Below, piece by piece: positions 36,001 to 50,464 of a DNA stretch of 64,000 bases. The stretch lies in assembly GCF_002113885.1 (NCBI RefSeq), contig NW_018408761.1, positions 2,096,555 to 2,160,554 on the forward strand, written 5' to 3'. The notes below the pieces were generated by a model. That model searched no databases, was not told where the DNA came from, and worked only from the letters and a program-made list of their open reading frames with translations. A program made the position numbers and the translations under genes. The DNA comes from Mizuhopecten yessoensis (Eukaryota). Numbering within the stretch: the stretch's first letter is position 1; every line of letters begins with the position of its first letter.

Positions 36001-39000
36001 CAAATTGGCAAAATTGAATCACCAAATCTTCGTTTTTACCTTACGGTAATAGTATCAGTAATTAATAGGAATTGATTTTATTTTATTGCGAGAAAATATA
36101 AAACTCATCCTGCATCAACACTTAGCCTCAGTTCACGACGGTAAACCTATCTTTATACACTTGAAAATCTTATTAACGGAACTTGTATATTTCTTCCAAA
36201 GCTACATCGGAAACAAAATGTGTGAAAATGATCAAATATGTTCCATGTGTATGGTTTAAATTGTGACAAATCTTACCAAACCCATTTTGTCCCTGACAGT
36301 GTTTTCGACGTTTGCAATTTGGAAATAGACAGCTCCCATAACCAGTGCCAGAAATAAAGCATGGATGAAGTCATACTTTTGAAATATTTGGCCTTTCGAT
36401 TGTTTGATTGTCCGCCAGTTCAACATTTTCAGTTGGTGTAACATTGACGTTGGCCAACGTGGGTATGTGTTCTTTAAAGTTTTCTCCGCAACAAAAACTG
36501 TTTCACTACCAACAGAAATCTTTGAACCTGTATATATAAAATGCTTTACTCGTAATATAAGAAAATACAATAGCATCATTAAAAACATAACGACAATATT
36601 GAAACTCATAGTCGAAAACAGAAAATAAGAAACATCAAAACACTTTTCCAAAACAGCTATTGGATAGGATATATGTGTTGTTGATGTTGGATGTTAACAA
36701 TTCTTTACACCATATGTAATTATAGATATCCATAAAAATGTGTCAGTCCCTATCGGCCATAAACCATGGGAGACGCTGAAACTCTAAAACTCCTTTTGAA
36801 TCACACATATTTGAAAATCGTATTGAAAATACGTCATCTGAATGCATCACCTTCTCATATCAAAATAAAATAAAAGATCATCTAAGGGACAATATACCAC
36901 GACGGACCATGGCGGACCACACGTCTACACAACATACTATTCACGACATACCAGGAAAACTGCCATTGTTTCCATTATGGATTTTCGGATTCACATCATT
37001 GTCGGCCTGTAACTGTTTGAGTTCGGTTCCATCACCCGTGTAGGAGTATCTCCTATTCACAGGCTGTTCGTTCTCTGATACAGGAGAATATATTCTGAAA
37101 TAGAACACGTCGTAACATTCTATGAGAAAAAACCAAATTTACTGGGAGAACGCGCATCTTAAGAGCGCTAATTGCATGCCCGCTACACTTGTAATGAGCT
37201 CTAAAACAGCAGAGGAAATATGTGCGACATTTATTAGAAAGCATTGCTTGTGTTTCATCAGAAAACACAGCCAAGTCACAGACTTCGTTTATCTGTGGTT
37301 CTTAAGTATTCAAATGGTAATGGTATTTTCATACACACTTTCATTTCATCGGCATATTCAGTCGGATAACCAGTTTACAATTAATACAGTGAACATAGTA
37401 TCATTGACATTATTAGGAATTCAATCAAATAATATTACACAATAGGTTATATCTGTAAACTATTTCTGTAATAAATCTATGCCTGACATCATAATTGACT
37501 ATACTTGCCTGATCGTTTTGCCCTTTTCCTTCAATAATTCAATTGCATTCGAATCTGATGTCAGTAATTCCACTGCAACATGATTTATTTGCGTTAATTA
37601 AGAAAATTTGAAGATTTGAATAAATATGGTCTGCTAAAATTCATCTCTGAAATCTGGAAATACCTAGTGCAGACTTAACTATTTCAAAATTTAATCATTC
37701 ACTGCATAAAGCAAAAGAAAGGTTAACTTTATTACTGCATCATGTTGTAAGTTTCTCCATTTAGGACTCCTCTATGATACTTAAGAGCAATTGATCTGAT
37801 TGATTTAACTATGTCTCCCCTTCGAATGAAGGGAGACATATTGTATTAGTACTGGTTCTTCTTTAGGTTCTTCTAATCGCAACTTGTCCGGGCTATAACT
37901 TTATAACCGTTAAAGATATCTTGATGAAATTTAAGGTATGCATGCATCGCCCACAGAAGTTGTGCAGTGCACTAGAATTAGGTTACTGTGACCTTCACCT
38001 CAAGGTCAAAGGTTAAATAAGTGCAATATATTCATTAAACTCTTGTCCGGCCCGTACATTTTGAACCGTTGAAGATATCTTGATCAAACTTGAAGTATAA
38101 CATCATCACCCACAGAAGATGTGCAGTGCCGCGTTATACAGTGTTATGGCCCTTTGTTTATTTTTAAAACCGAAGTTTGTCCGGAGCATAAGTTCCATAT
38201 TATTTCACCTACGTTGACCAAACTTACAATACTTATGTATCTTGGGAAGGTGGAATCTTTCGCACTAAAATCAGGTCTGGTGCCCCATTATATACAGATG
38301 TATGGCCCTTTGTTAATTTTTAAACCGAAGTTTGTCCACGGCATAACTTCCATGTTATTTCACCTACGTTGTCCAAACTTGCTATAGTTTTAATGTATCT
38401 TGGAAAGTAGGGGTGTCGCATTCTAAATTCGGGTCTTGTGCCCCACTATATAAAGATATATGGCCCTTTGTTAAATTTTTTAACCGAAGATTTCCTATTG
38501 GCTAATAAGGGGAGACATATATTGTTGTTCACAAAACAAAATTCTAGTTTTCTATTGAATGAATATCCATATCTAAATTTTTCCAAAACATGTAGGAATA
38601 CAGCGAAAGAAAAGGGTACTTTGGAACCCATTACACAGGAGGAACGATTTTAATGTTACGTTTGTTGTATCGGTAAAGCATTTCACGTGATATGACATAT
38701 TTACTGACGCCAACTTTCTTTTTTATTGGCTTTATACATATTGAATTTATAGGGCAGGGATGCTTCTTTTTTTTTACACCATCACTTATGTTCTTTTAAA
38801 TTTAATCATCTTTGATTTCAAACATGGAACTTCATAAATGTCGCGTTAGATTATTTCATAGGCCTATAGTAAATTCAAAATTGAAAATTAATTTTTATGT
38901 CTTCATCAAAAACGCCTTCAGATGTAAAGCTGTCAGTGAACATAGAGCTAAACTGTATGCTCTTGTCTTTAGAAATTCAGAAAACCATTCTACTGAAGTT

Positions 39001-42000
39001 AAACGAAAGTTACTTACGAAGGAAGTCAGCTGGATTATAATCCGGAATGCAGGGCATTCCAAGATCTGTAAAGTAACCCATGGCTGAACTTGCATGACCA
39101 AAATACGCCATCTGCAAAAGTCGTTTTAAATTAGTCAAATTTCATAAATTCATATTCAAGATAATCATATTTAAATATTTGTCACAATTACACTTCAAAT
39201 GTTTTTCATGAGTTCGTTGGGACAGAAATATTTTAAACAAATATTTCTGAACAAATGTTAATTTAGACTTGTACTTCTGAAGCAATCATGTGACTAAACA
39301 AAAAATGGAAACGCTCAATGGAGGCATAGCTTAAATATTGATGAAATCGTTAATGAAGAATACGCGTATAGAAGAAAGAATACTAATACAATATATTTAC
39401 CTCCCCTTCCACGAGCAGCAGTAAGGTAGAGAACATATGGAACACTTGGCTGGAGGGCTGGTGTATTGTGGCCACTATCGTCTTGTTGTATCCTGTGGCG
39501 TAGTTCTTCAGCTGAACCATCAGCGTGTGTGCAGTGCTGGAGTCTAAACCGGAAGTCGGCTCCTGTTTTAATAATTGTTATTATTATAATATCAATTTAC
39601 CCATTTTTGATACAAATTGAAGTGAAAGCAATAGTTACGGTATAACGCGAAACTGTCGATATATTTCTGTATTGATGATTTTGCGACTTGTAGTAACACC
39701 ATGACTATCAGAGTGATATGAAATGATCCAAATGAAATTATAAATCGAATCTTACATCTAAGAGGAGAATATCTGGGTCCGTCAGCAGCTCACAAGCAAT
39801 ACTAGCCCTCTTTTTCTCCCCTCCAGACAATCCTGATAGGCCATGACTATATGTACGTCCGATAACTGAAAAATGAAAGGTGATATAGCGTCCTTGGTTT
39901 GTTAAAAATAAATCGAAAAACATCAACACGTATATGTAATAAATAGTGACAAAACAGAAAGCAGATAAAACACGAACGCGACGCCCCCCTACCCCAGAAC
40001 CCCCNTTTATCCGTAGATCTTTTTGATTATTTAAAATATATTTAATTTAGAGCCCGTGAATTTGAAATAAAACAGACATGTAAAAGCAAAATGAAGCGTA
40101 TCAAAGAATCATACGATTAAAGTAATTAAATAGGAGACATCCGGTTTCTATAAAATAAACGTGTTCAATAAGACTATCAGTTTACAACATTGATATGACT
40201 GATAGATGTACACAAGCACTACGTACTTGAAGTGCTTTAATTTACCTGGGACATATATCGCAGTCATTGAAAAACTAGGAGACTCGAGCTGATACCATGA
40301 AAAAAAAAATAATAAAAAAAACATGCTTGGAGTTAAAATGTAGTCTTATAGTCAGGAGAAATATTATTTGTGAAAAACAGATGCTTGCATTCATATTCGG
40401 TTTTTGAATGTCGTTTCATGCTTTTTAGTTCGCCAGAGGTGCTTTTATTAGATTTCATATGAAATAGATCATGCAAGATTCCCTTAATGTATAACACACT
40501 TTGTTATCAGCTGAATAGAAAGATACTTAGTGTGTTAACTAACAACTTATATATGTTTTGAAATAACTTGTTAAAGCACTTAATATTTAGCGGCTATAAT
40601 TAGGAAGCGTTTATAGCGCCAATCACGAAGCGCTAAATTATTAAAACTGCTAAATGTATAAACGTTGTATTCTGGTATGCTATAGCATCGTTTAAGCATT
40701 GGTAGATATGCATGGTCTTTATCAGAATTGATAGACACGCCCATTTACAAAAATTACTAAATTACGTTCAGAAAAATGAAAATTTGAAAGTGAAGTTGCT
40801 AGCTATCAATAACTTATAACAATATAAAGCTCAAAGATTTCCAAAGTAAAGTTTGAAACGTCGTTACACAAGATGAAGGTTTATCTAGGTGTGTACGTAT
40901 GGAGAGCTTGTTTATACCTTCTAGGCGTTCTATCCCACTAACAATCATACCAGTTATTTAAAGTGATAGGAGATGTTGAAAAAGGAAGACTTACCCGTCT
41001 GTAGACATTTCTGAAGGCCGAGAAACTTAACTATGATGTTTATACGGTCTGTCTTTTCTTCCTTTGTGAATCTGTCCGGTATTCTTACCATTGCTATAAA
41101 CTACACACATAAACATTTAATCCAGAATTCTATGGTACTAATAATTTAATATCAACTGATTAAGACCTTGTTACATTCATATTGTTACCATACATTCATA
41201 TTGTTACCATACATTCATAGTGCAATTCATATCGTGCAGTAGTTTTTTCGGCAATCAAAATTTTAAAATATGATATAGTAACTACCATCCATCTTTTGAA
41301 AGATATCAGACATTTGGAAATTAATCTTACAACATATTTTCACACATTGAATGATTTGATATATTTGATATGTAGATACTACTTCATCGGGTACTCAGTC
41401 CATGAAACGTATAAAGCATATATGATATAAATATATTTACATAAAGTGTTTCCCACAACGTCAGATTAGGCAAGAATACATCGCTTTGCATGACATAACC
41501 AAGACGACGACGGAGTGCTTTGTCAAAAGGTAGTCCGTTTAAATGTACACTCCCGGAAACAACTGGAATTTTCCCCGCCAGTGTATTAAGTAAGGTTGTC
41601 TTTCCAGATCCTAGAACAGGATGAATTTTAATTACAACATATATATTCCATCATGAATTATGACTAAATTTACTTCCCAAAATGTCTTGGTTTAACTTCA
41701 CTTAACGCTTAACATCTCAAGTATATGCAATACAATGATATAACCTACATCAGTACTGATTCGAAGAAATGCAGGTAAGTATTCAAAACAATATGATATG
41801 TATCCATAGGACAGAGCATTAATGACAGACTAGGCGATTTCAAACTGGATGCAGAATAGCCTCGAAATGATACGTAATTTGCGCTGCAACCCACTATATC
41901 AACATTACCAGCAGAATTGCATTTTCTTTGAGTATGAAAGCAAAATCTCTCGTGACGTAACACGTGGTTTACATATCGGCATTACAAGAGCTTTGGTTAT

Positions 42001-42284
42001 GAAAAACAAATTGGAAAAAAATAATAACTATTGTTAGATAATAATAAAAAACGAAAAAGAACGGCCAAATATGCTTTGCGTTATCAATGCTCTACTGCAT
42101 ATATAAAATAGCAATGTATTAATGTTGTACGCTTACCGGTGGGACCCATAACAGCCAATAGATCCCCACTGTACACAATGCCAGAAACGCCCTTCAGTAT
42201 TTCCTTGGAACTGACAGTCACCGCCAAATCCGTAAATTCCAAATAGGAAAGCTTTGAAACAGATACAATTTCTGAGGTAATAAA
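33016..42284 (-). CDS. ABC transporter subfamily G half-transporter (NBD-TMD), ~640 aa; start codon exon uncertain (candidate ATG|GTGAGT at 43866-43864)
   Basis: Frame-consistent exons 42284-42137, 41610-41441, 41100-40995, 39865-39756, 39562-39401, 39111-39018, 37572-37509, 37094-36952, 36527-36277, 35545-35488, 35032-34818, 34048-33958, 33762-33645 and 33205-33016. Motifs: Walker A GPTGSGKTT, signature LSGGEKKR, Walker B/D-loop ILLLDEPTSGLD, H-loop TIHQPS, NPADF, and [14 protein letters not shown] in the TMD. Confidence 0.9.
37808..38550 (+). mobile_element. HINE/Helentron-like element in an ABCG intron
   Basis: 5' stem ATGTCTCCCCTTC..GAAGGGAGACAT, 3' subterminal AAGGGGAGACAT followed by TTCTAGTT, and internal ~155-bp repeats. 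Confidence 0.65.
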
Positions 42285-44833
42285 CTACCAAACTAACAGG
42301 TTATATTTTTCTAACATGGTTATTGATATTTTTTCTATATATTCATATATTAATATATCTTCTTATGCCAATACGCACCTTGAAACTACGTCAACATACA
42401 TTACTACAAACTTACTTATGAAGCGCACTCACATTTTAGCGCATTATCAAATTTTAACAGATTGGCAGTTTGATGAATAGGCGCATTTGAATCATAAACA
42501 ATAGAAAATAATAGACAGGGACATCAATTGGAGCTGTTTGAATTGAGCGCAATAGTTATAGCACTAAAAGCGTTAAAATAAGACTACTGCTAAAATCTAT
42601 TCAACTATTTTGCTAATTATTTGATCGAGTTCCTTTTAAACACACTACTGGTGCCAGGGAATGAAGTTGAGGTCACTAAACTTATCTTTATTCAGGTTGT
42701 CCTCTTAGGTTTTCATTTATTATTTCATACTGGTTATATTTCTGAAGCGTAGACTGGTATCGTATCATATGTAGTCACCCCTTATATTTATGTTATTGTT
42801 TTGTTGATAACACAAACCACATGCCAGTACAAATGGTATTGTTTTCACCATTTTAGTGCCTCAATGGGAAAATCCGTATTTTAGTCGGTCCTAGCAAAAA
42901 TTGTCCAGATGTCTGGGCATTTAGTCAATTTTGGTACTGTTTAGTGGCAGGGATTTGTTTTAAACATATTTTATAAATAGGGATGTGATGAATATTTGTT
43001 TTACTGTTCAGATAAATTAATTAAAACCCGTTGCATCAATAAACGAAATAACCTTTATGAGACTTTAAAATATGTAACCGTTAGGCCTTCAAATCCTTTC
43101 CGGTGGGATCACGTTTCTCTCTCTGTGTAAGGCAATGTCTTATTATCATAACTTTTTTTTGTGTACTCAGATTTGGCTCTTCATTGTATATGGTTGTCTA
43201 ATTATTACAATTATTATAAGGCATTGCAATTTATTAGCATACTTTTTTTGTTTGTTTGTATGTGAGTAGTTAGTGTGCATGTGGTTGTTAAATTTATTAT
43301 TATATATATATACATTTTTGCTCTATATCGTATATATGGTGCTTGGCACCGAGCCATTCATCATTGTCTACTTCTTCTTTTTTTTAATGTTTTTCTTTTT
43401 TTTATTTATTATTTTTTCATGATCAGTACATTGAGATTGCATCAAATATATCGAATCACTATAAAAATAACAAACCTAAGTGTAATGTTTTCATTGATAG
43501 CGAACATTAGCGGTAACAATTTTCTGGCCCTTTATTCCTTAATTAATCATAACATGGTTACTCAAACATATGATGTGTGCGACTTGATAACACTATTTAA
43601 AATACTGCGAAGACTGTGTGTATATATCCCTTACTGCTAAATCTTTAAACCATATTTTTGTATCAAAGCGGAATCCTAAAACTAGATTTATCGAGTTTTA
43701 ATGATAAAACATTCATAATTTACCTACAATGATAAAATAATCCCAAAAGTGACAATCGAAGGGTCTTTAAGATACTTATTATTCTACGTATCAAATTACT
43801 GAACTTGAACGAAAATTGATAAATATGTAGGGTTATTTTGTATAGAAAAAAAACAATACTCACCATTATGTCGGTTGTCTAACGTTGTTTCGTTGTGAAA
43901 AAAAGCACAGCGACTAATGATTTTGACGGATGGCTCTTGTATTACAGCGGGTTACTGTAACTCTAGACTGTTCCAATATACATCGTATAGAGGGTGCTTA
44001 TTCATTTTAAAGGAGGTCAAATGTTTCAATACGATTTAATATTGTAAACAAGATATGCGGTACCATATTGGCTTGAGGCACCAGTTTCGCAGTTAAAAGG
44101 GCCGAACACTTTTTCAGGCAAAAGATCTTTGCAATTTATCTCATTAAGTTAAATATTTTCATTAAAATCATAGTAATGCAGTTGCTTGGTAAACCCTGTT
44201 ATCGGAATGTATTGCATATTCGCTATGGAATTCCTGGACACATTTCCTTGATTTATATTACATATATATTTAGCAGGTATAAATACCACCATTAATTACT
44301 TTGTACAGCAATGATATCTATTTTAATTGATTTACTTTTGATATAATCGCTGTTATTGAATTTATATGACCTGTCTCTATAAATATATTGACAAATTTAA
44401 GCTAAAGACAGGTGTTAAAGGTGTAAAAAGCTTCGCATGTAAATATGTTTACGAGTTCTAGTAATATGATATGTCAAAAAAAAACCTAGTAAGATATGCA
44501 CTTATAAGGGTTGGTTTAAATGTATTAACCCGTGGGGTGGCCATATCCGATGAACATAATTTTACTTGCAATCAGTCATATCCCGATATTTTGGTAGTTC
44601 TACATATATGTGTTCATCTGACGTCTCATAATGTATTTGTTTATCGTGTGCAAGGCATTCGGGCAATTTGATACGTCAGGTGAACACATATATGTGGCTT
44701 TGCTGGCATTACATACCTGCAAATATTCTTGACGTCAATATAGCATTTTCTGCAAAACAATTGTAACACAATAGGTCGTAAACGCTGTTAATAGTTGACA
44801 ATAGTCATATGTACAGCTTGTAACAAAATGTTA

Positions 44834-44967
44834 TCTACATGTACGTATAGTTATATAGACTCGTAATCTCCAAGCTAAGTAACGTGATAGTTGTTTCTCA
44901 TCTACATGTACGTATAGTTATATAGACTCGTAATCTCCCAGCTAAGTAACGTAATAGTTGTTTCTCA
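44834..44967 (+). repeat. 67-bp tandem duplication
   Basis: TCTACATGTACGTATAG...GTTTCTCA occurs twice, nearly identical. Confidence 0.9.
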
Positions 44968-45946
44968 ATACATGTATGAAAGCCATCTCTATGGGATATA
45001 TGGCATGGACACTATGCTCGGCTAAACAGGATGACTGCCCTCAATGGTCTCCAAAACCAGACTCTATGTTGAGTAAACCTGTCCCTGTTTTCCACTAAAT
45101 TACTGTGTAGTCAAATGTCGATCGTCTTCATTACAGTAATTCCTTAATTCTTGTATAATACCCGGAACCAAGTATGCACGGTACCTTGACCGCTCTCATC
45201 AATTACCTGTCACATATTTTTATGTCGCTTTTGCAAACACCACTGGAGTAAATTAAGCCCTTTAATCAGTTCAATCAATTTTTTGAAATGCTCACTTTGT
45301 CACAAATAATCATCACTTCCCCGTATAAATTTCAATCTGCTTCCTTAAATCTTGAACCGAATAGCAAGAGTGGACAAATCGACGTCAGATAGTAATGTCA
45401 CGTTTTTTTTTTATTTTTTTATTATATTTTCAAAATTTTATGACATATACATATATATAAATATACATACAATGTACATGAGCGTCTAGAATCGCCTTTA
45501 AATAATGTATATACTGTTCAAAATATTCTATCAAGTGTCAGTATTCGTCTTACATTATATATTAACAAATAAGTAAAGATTCACATTCTGGTATAAAAAA
45601 TAAACTTCCGGATATTCTTGTCCGTACTCTATTCTAATTAAAATTGTATTAGTAATGTCACGTTACCGTATCATAATGGCGCTAAAATGTTCGGAACCCA
45701 TTCTTGTATCAAATCGTCGATTTGCCAGTTGATAACAACAGATTGATTCCAAGCTATTGGATTCATAAAAATCTTGTATTATCACAGTGTGAATATTACA
45801 ATACATTGTATTGCATGGTCTTAAAATGGCTATATATCTATGGTGATATTCATACAATAATTCCCTTTACCCTGTCGGGGTTATAACTGTGTACATGCAT
45901 ATTGACAGTGTACTTCGATGCAAATTAACAACATAGATCCGTTTAA

Positions 45947-46585
45947 GGTAATAGGATGTGTCGCCATTTCTCAGTAGAATTTCTTCAAATTTTGTAGTTA
46001 TATTGCTTTGAAGTAAAGAAAGCAATTTGCCACAAAAAAATATAGGTTGTCAGAATTTTAAAGATTTTAAATGGAAATTTATGTAAAAAAGAATGAATTT
46101 TGAAACAAAAATGAAACACACAACTTTTTGCAAACTAATGTCAATAAAAATGATACTGACATAGATTAGTATTGCATTAATGTATATCAATTTCATAAAT
46201 GCTGAAATTGTGTAAAATTAATTATCTATAAACAATTAAAAATTGACATTTTATAATAAAAACCATATACACATAGTAATTGCATGTAAGAGTTATCGTT
46301 CTTGAAAAACTTCACAGTAGTGAAATAGGTAGCCGGTTTCCTGAAATACAGAAAAATGGACACATGTGACTCTTTGATTAAAAAACAACTGAATAAATGC
46401 CTGGATTGCTTTGAAATACTTTAATATTGAAAGAACACACTGTTTTGTCAATAAACAACAGACAATATTCATCAGTTTAATATTAAACATTATAATATGC
46501 GGAAATTGTGATACTGTCTCCCTACATTGGGTTTTCAGCTAGGGATGTACTTCCTATTTCCGCTAAGCAATACACTCCTATGACC
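45947..46585 (+). mobile_element. Non-autonomous Kolobok-type MITE (639 bp)
   Basis: TTAA on both sides, TIRs GGTAATAGGA.../...TCCTATGACC. A second copy lies at 53929-54573. Confidence 0.8.
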
Positions 46586-46824
46586 TTAATATATAACAAC
46601 GAGAATGGATTATAAACAATGCTTGAAAAATACAAAACCTTCCTAACGACACAGAGGTAAACCATACAGAACACAAACCAAAAACGAAGTCAGACAATTT
46701 AGTTTATTTCCATTATTTGTCAAAATTGCAATGATACACACTTTAAAACAATTGGCATTTTCAAAGTATTATTAGAAATGAATCCCTATGAAAAAGACCT
46801 CTTACCACAATGAACGTCGACAAT

Positions 46825-47200
46825 TTACATGTAGTTAGAGCATGGGTCAGCAATGGGTATACTTAAGTACACAACCACCTCCATGTCACACAAAGAAATA
46901 GCACATTGTCTTAAGAGATCATGAAGGCGACCAAAAAACGTGTCCAAAGTCTTCATCAACTGCATCTTTGTAAACCGTGTGTTGTAAGTCTGTCCGATCA
47001 CAATCGGAAAGTCGAAATCGTCCTGCTTATCGTACAGCTTAGCAGTAAGCCGTCGCTGTTGGTCAAGGTGTAAGTAAAGGTCGGGGAAGGCGGTTGAAAT
47101 AGAAGAGACTGCAGTGTCCTTGATTTCAAGTTCAAGAGGGTACAGATCGGTGTGGTCAATACACTTATTGTAATTCAAAATCAGCCCATCGTCGCTATAT
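46825..47200 (-). mobile_element. Penelope-like retroelement reverse-transcriptase remnant
   Basis: YPLELEIKDT...F.DL.L..D....LTAKLYDKQDDFDFPIV is typical of the C-terminal RT region of Penelope-like elements; truncated. Confidence 0.6.
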
Positions 47201-48184
47201 TAGTGTCTAAATAGGAAATGGAGTTTTTAATTGTTACCAGTCTGCACATATACGATACTGTTTTTTTTACATGATGTATATTTTACCTTCTGATACCATT
47301 ACGTAAAGTGTTCCAATACTGTCAGATTGGACAGGAAGATATTATCCGACGTCACGTTACCAAGGCGACGTCGTTGTGTTTTGTTGAACGGCGATCCGTT
47401 TTGTTTGAATGTCCTGGAGTCACTGGATATTCATCCCCCAGAACATATATAATTTGTTCACCTGCAAGGTGAAACATGGCATGGAGTGTAATGGTTCGAT
47501 GGGTACAAATTGATAGTTTTATTCGTTAACGGGTTTTCCCTGTTGATTCAACGTGTTGATACAACGATGAACTACATATCTGTACTTTTATAATATAAGT
47601 CAGTTTATAAAACTAATTACGATATATTTTTACAGACTGACAGAGCTGACATTCAGAGTTTAAAACGAGTTACACGGTCAGGGCACAACAAGAGTTGTAA
47701 TAGCAAACACCCCAGTCATAATGACATTTCACCTTTAAGGGTAATGTTAACATGAAAATAAGGTAATGTTTTAAAAAATAAAAATCATCTTGAAATTTTC
47801 AAATAAAATCATTGATGTTATATATCAAAATGTTCGTCTTGGTTTGTAATTTTCAGAAACGTACAGGAATTTGTAATTAAAATACTAATTAAAACTTAAT
47901 CTTACAACGGCAGCCCATGGCAACTTAGAAACATCAAGTTGTCCTTGAACCTGATAGTAGTAAATATGTGTTTTTCTTAAATTCAACTTCGGTCCATCGT
48001 AATATAAATAAAACAAATGATTTCTTTCGTTGGTTTGGAAGGTAACAAGTTTTCTTTATTTCGATCAGCCCTACAGACACAATTGTTTCATCTAATTCTC
48101 TATCAGACCGGATGATCTTGTAGCCAAACATTTATGTTCTCTTGAAACAATCAATATAGTTGGTATAATGTTGACTTTCTTTTT

Positions 48185-50464
48185 CTATTGTTCTTTATGA
48201 ATCTTGTATTCCGTCAATGTCATTGTTTCCTCCTGTAAACCTTTTCTTGTATGTAAATTTCCCAGAAATCTTGTATGTAAATTTCCAAGAAATTTGGAAT
48301 ATAAAAGTGACCGGACAACTTTTCTAACTAATATTGATGGATTGCGCTTAACGTCACAGCCTAAATTGATGCGGTCTGTCTTTCTTTCTTTCGTCCATCC
48401 AAACTGCTGACAAAGTCTGCTTTGTGGTGGCACTTTCTATTAATTTAATTTTGTCTTCAGCAATATTCACGTGTTTTGATAGGAAAGACCGTCCCTTTGC
48501 TTCCAGCTTGTCTGTAGTAAAATCTGGACGACTGTTTACAGATTCTGAACCATCATCTTCTTTGACTTTCTTTGAATTTGCTGCGTGTGTGCTACTATAC
48601 TTTCTTTTCCACCTTCTGGCTGAATTTCTAGTTTTGTTTTACATTTTCTACAGGACTTCACATCATTTGCACGTTTGTCATATAACTTGGTGAAAATGTG
48701 ACCTGGTTTTGTTGAAGTTGATTGTTCCCACACTTTCGTTGACCACTTATGACCCAAATTCATGCGCAAGCACCCTCCCATACATCTTGACTGCCATGAA
48801 CCCCGATTACAGCGGTTGTACATCTTTCCACCATCTGATTTTGTCCTTACTGACATCCAAGATTCTGCAAGATAAATGGTGCTATTGCTAATCAATCTGG
48901 AACTTTTTGATTCTACCCTGTCAAGAAGAATACTAAAGTCACGTACTATCAGGTCTAATCACTGTCTACTTCCTCTTGTAGCTGAATAAATGTTGTTTCA
49001 GACCATAATTGGGATATTCCATCGATCAAATCTGTGCATTCTTCCGTATCAGCATTTGATGAACATGCACTCGGTAACTCTGTCTGATTGGACTTTCTAC
49101 ATGATGATTTGCAGAAATCGCTACATTTTATATGATTGCCATATAATTTGGAGCACAGAGTTTCGAATGTCATGCTTTAATTTCCCGGTTGCCACTGATG
49201 TATTTTCCTCGCTGGATCTGACACGAATAGCACACCTAACTGAACATACTAATCTTAAGCGTAAAGATATTGGTTAGCTGTTTACCCTTATACAATGGAT
49301 TTTCATCAACACGTTTCTCCAGACTGCTTCTCAAACACTAACAGACATAATTAGCACCCTTGTTCTGGATCATTTGGTATATCTTAATCCATGGGTTGAC
49401 TCTGCTTTTAAAAATCCCTCAAGAATGATATCTTATTCCAAAGACTGTGAAGTAGAATTCCAAGTTTTAAAACAGCGATGAAATTTTGGAACAGTTTATT
49501 ATTTTCGGCAGCATTATAAATGTAACAATGTTTGTTCCTGACGCCAATATGCAACAACTTGCCAGTTTCAGCCCCTATAATTATAGCAACACACCAAAAG
49601 CATTGCATGAATGTTTGTGAGACCGTTTAGATCGGCCGCCATCACATATTACAGCAATAGATGGTACACCCTCATGGTAATTTCTTTTTTAATGGCAATA
49701 CGTCGTTCTTCAGCACCAGCAGCTAATAGATCCTGATCTGCGACATTAGCCCACATGTCCCAAATTTCCTGTTCTATTTTTGTGTATGTGTTCTGCGAAA
49801 TTCCCGGCGCATTCATTGTTGCCATAGTTTCGTTTAAATGCGCTACACCACCTGTTACCATGCTATCCCACACAGACCTTGTGTCAATATTAAAATGGTT
49901 AGTGCTACCATTCCTTATCTTTGGGCTTGAATCAAACGTAAATTTCTTTCCACAACCTTGACATTCAGCAACCAAAGAAGACGCCAGTCCAAGAGTTGTC
50001 AACTTTGTCACTAACTTGATTGGAGTTACATGTTCATTTGCAAGTGTATATGCACCTTTACACACAGCAATATGAAGGGAACTTTCAACAACGTGTTTCT
50101 GAAGTTGTCCAAAATTGATCGATGAATCTTTAGAAATTCTAAATTTGAAAGGTTCATCTAATGACACACAAGCTATTGTATAGTGTGTTATGTTGTTTCA
50201 CAAACAGTTGTCTATTAGTCAAAGCTGGTCGCTTTGTATGAAATATTATATGCAAAATTGTCCTACGTTAATTTTCAGCTGACTGTGTAATGCCTGTCTG
50301 TTTGTGCACACAGTTTTGAATTTGGTCTTGGGTTTCACCATTTTCAATTCAACATTATATGTACATCTGTGAAATGACTTGGTTCTCTTATTACCATGAC
50401 GACCACCTCCTAACCAATTTTCTTTTTGATTTTTCCCTATTTGCCATGATGTTTTTGCTACCAA
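48185..50464 (-). pseudogene. Degraded DDE transposase of the Mutator-like/Kolobok(E)-type family
   Basis: Across frameshifts: ECQGCG...AGAEERRIA...GVPSIAVICDGGRSKRSHKHSCNAFG-VAIIIGAETGKLLHIGVRNKHC. Multiple stops; element termini not resolved. Confidence 0.7.

Noticed and set aside
42285-42317. ATG at 42317 as the ABCG start codon
   Set aside because: An in-frame TAG at 42287-42285 follows it; that TAG fits better as a splice acceptor.
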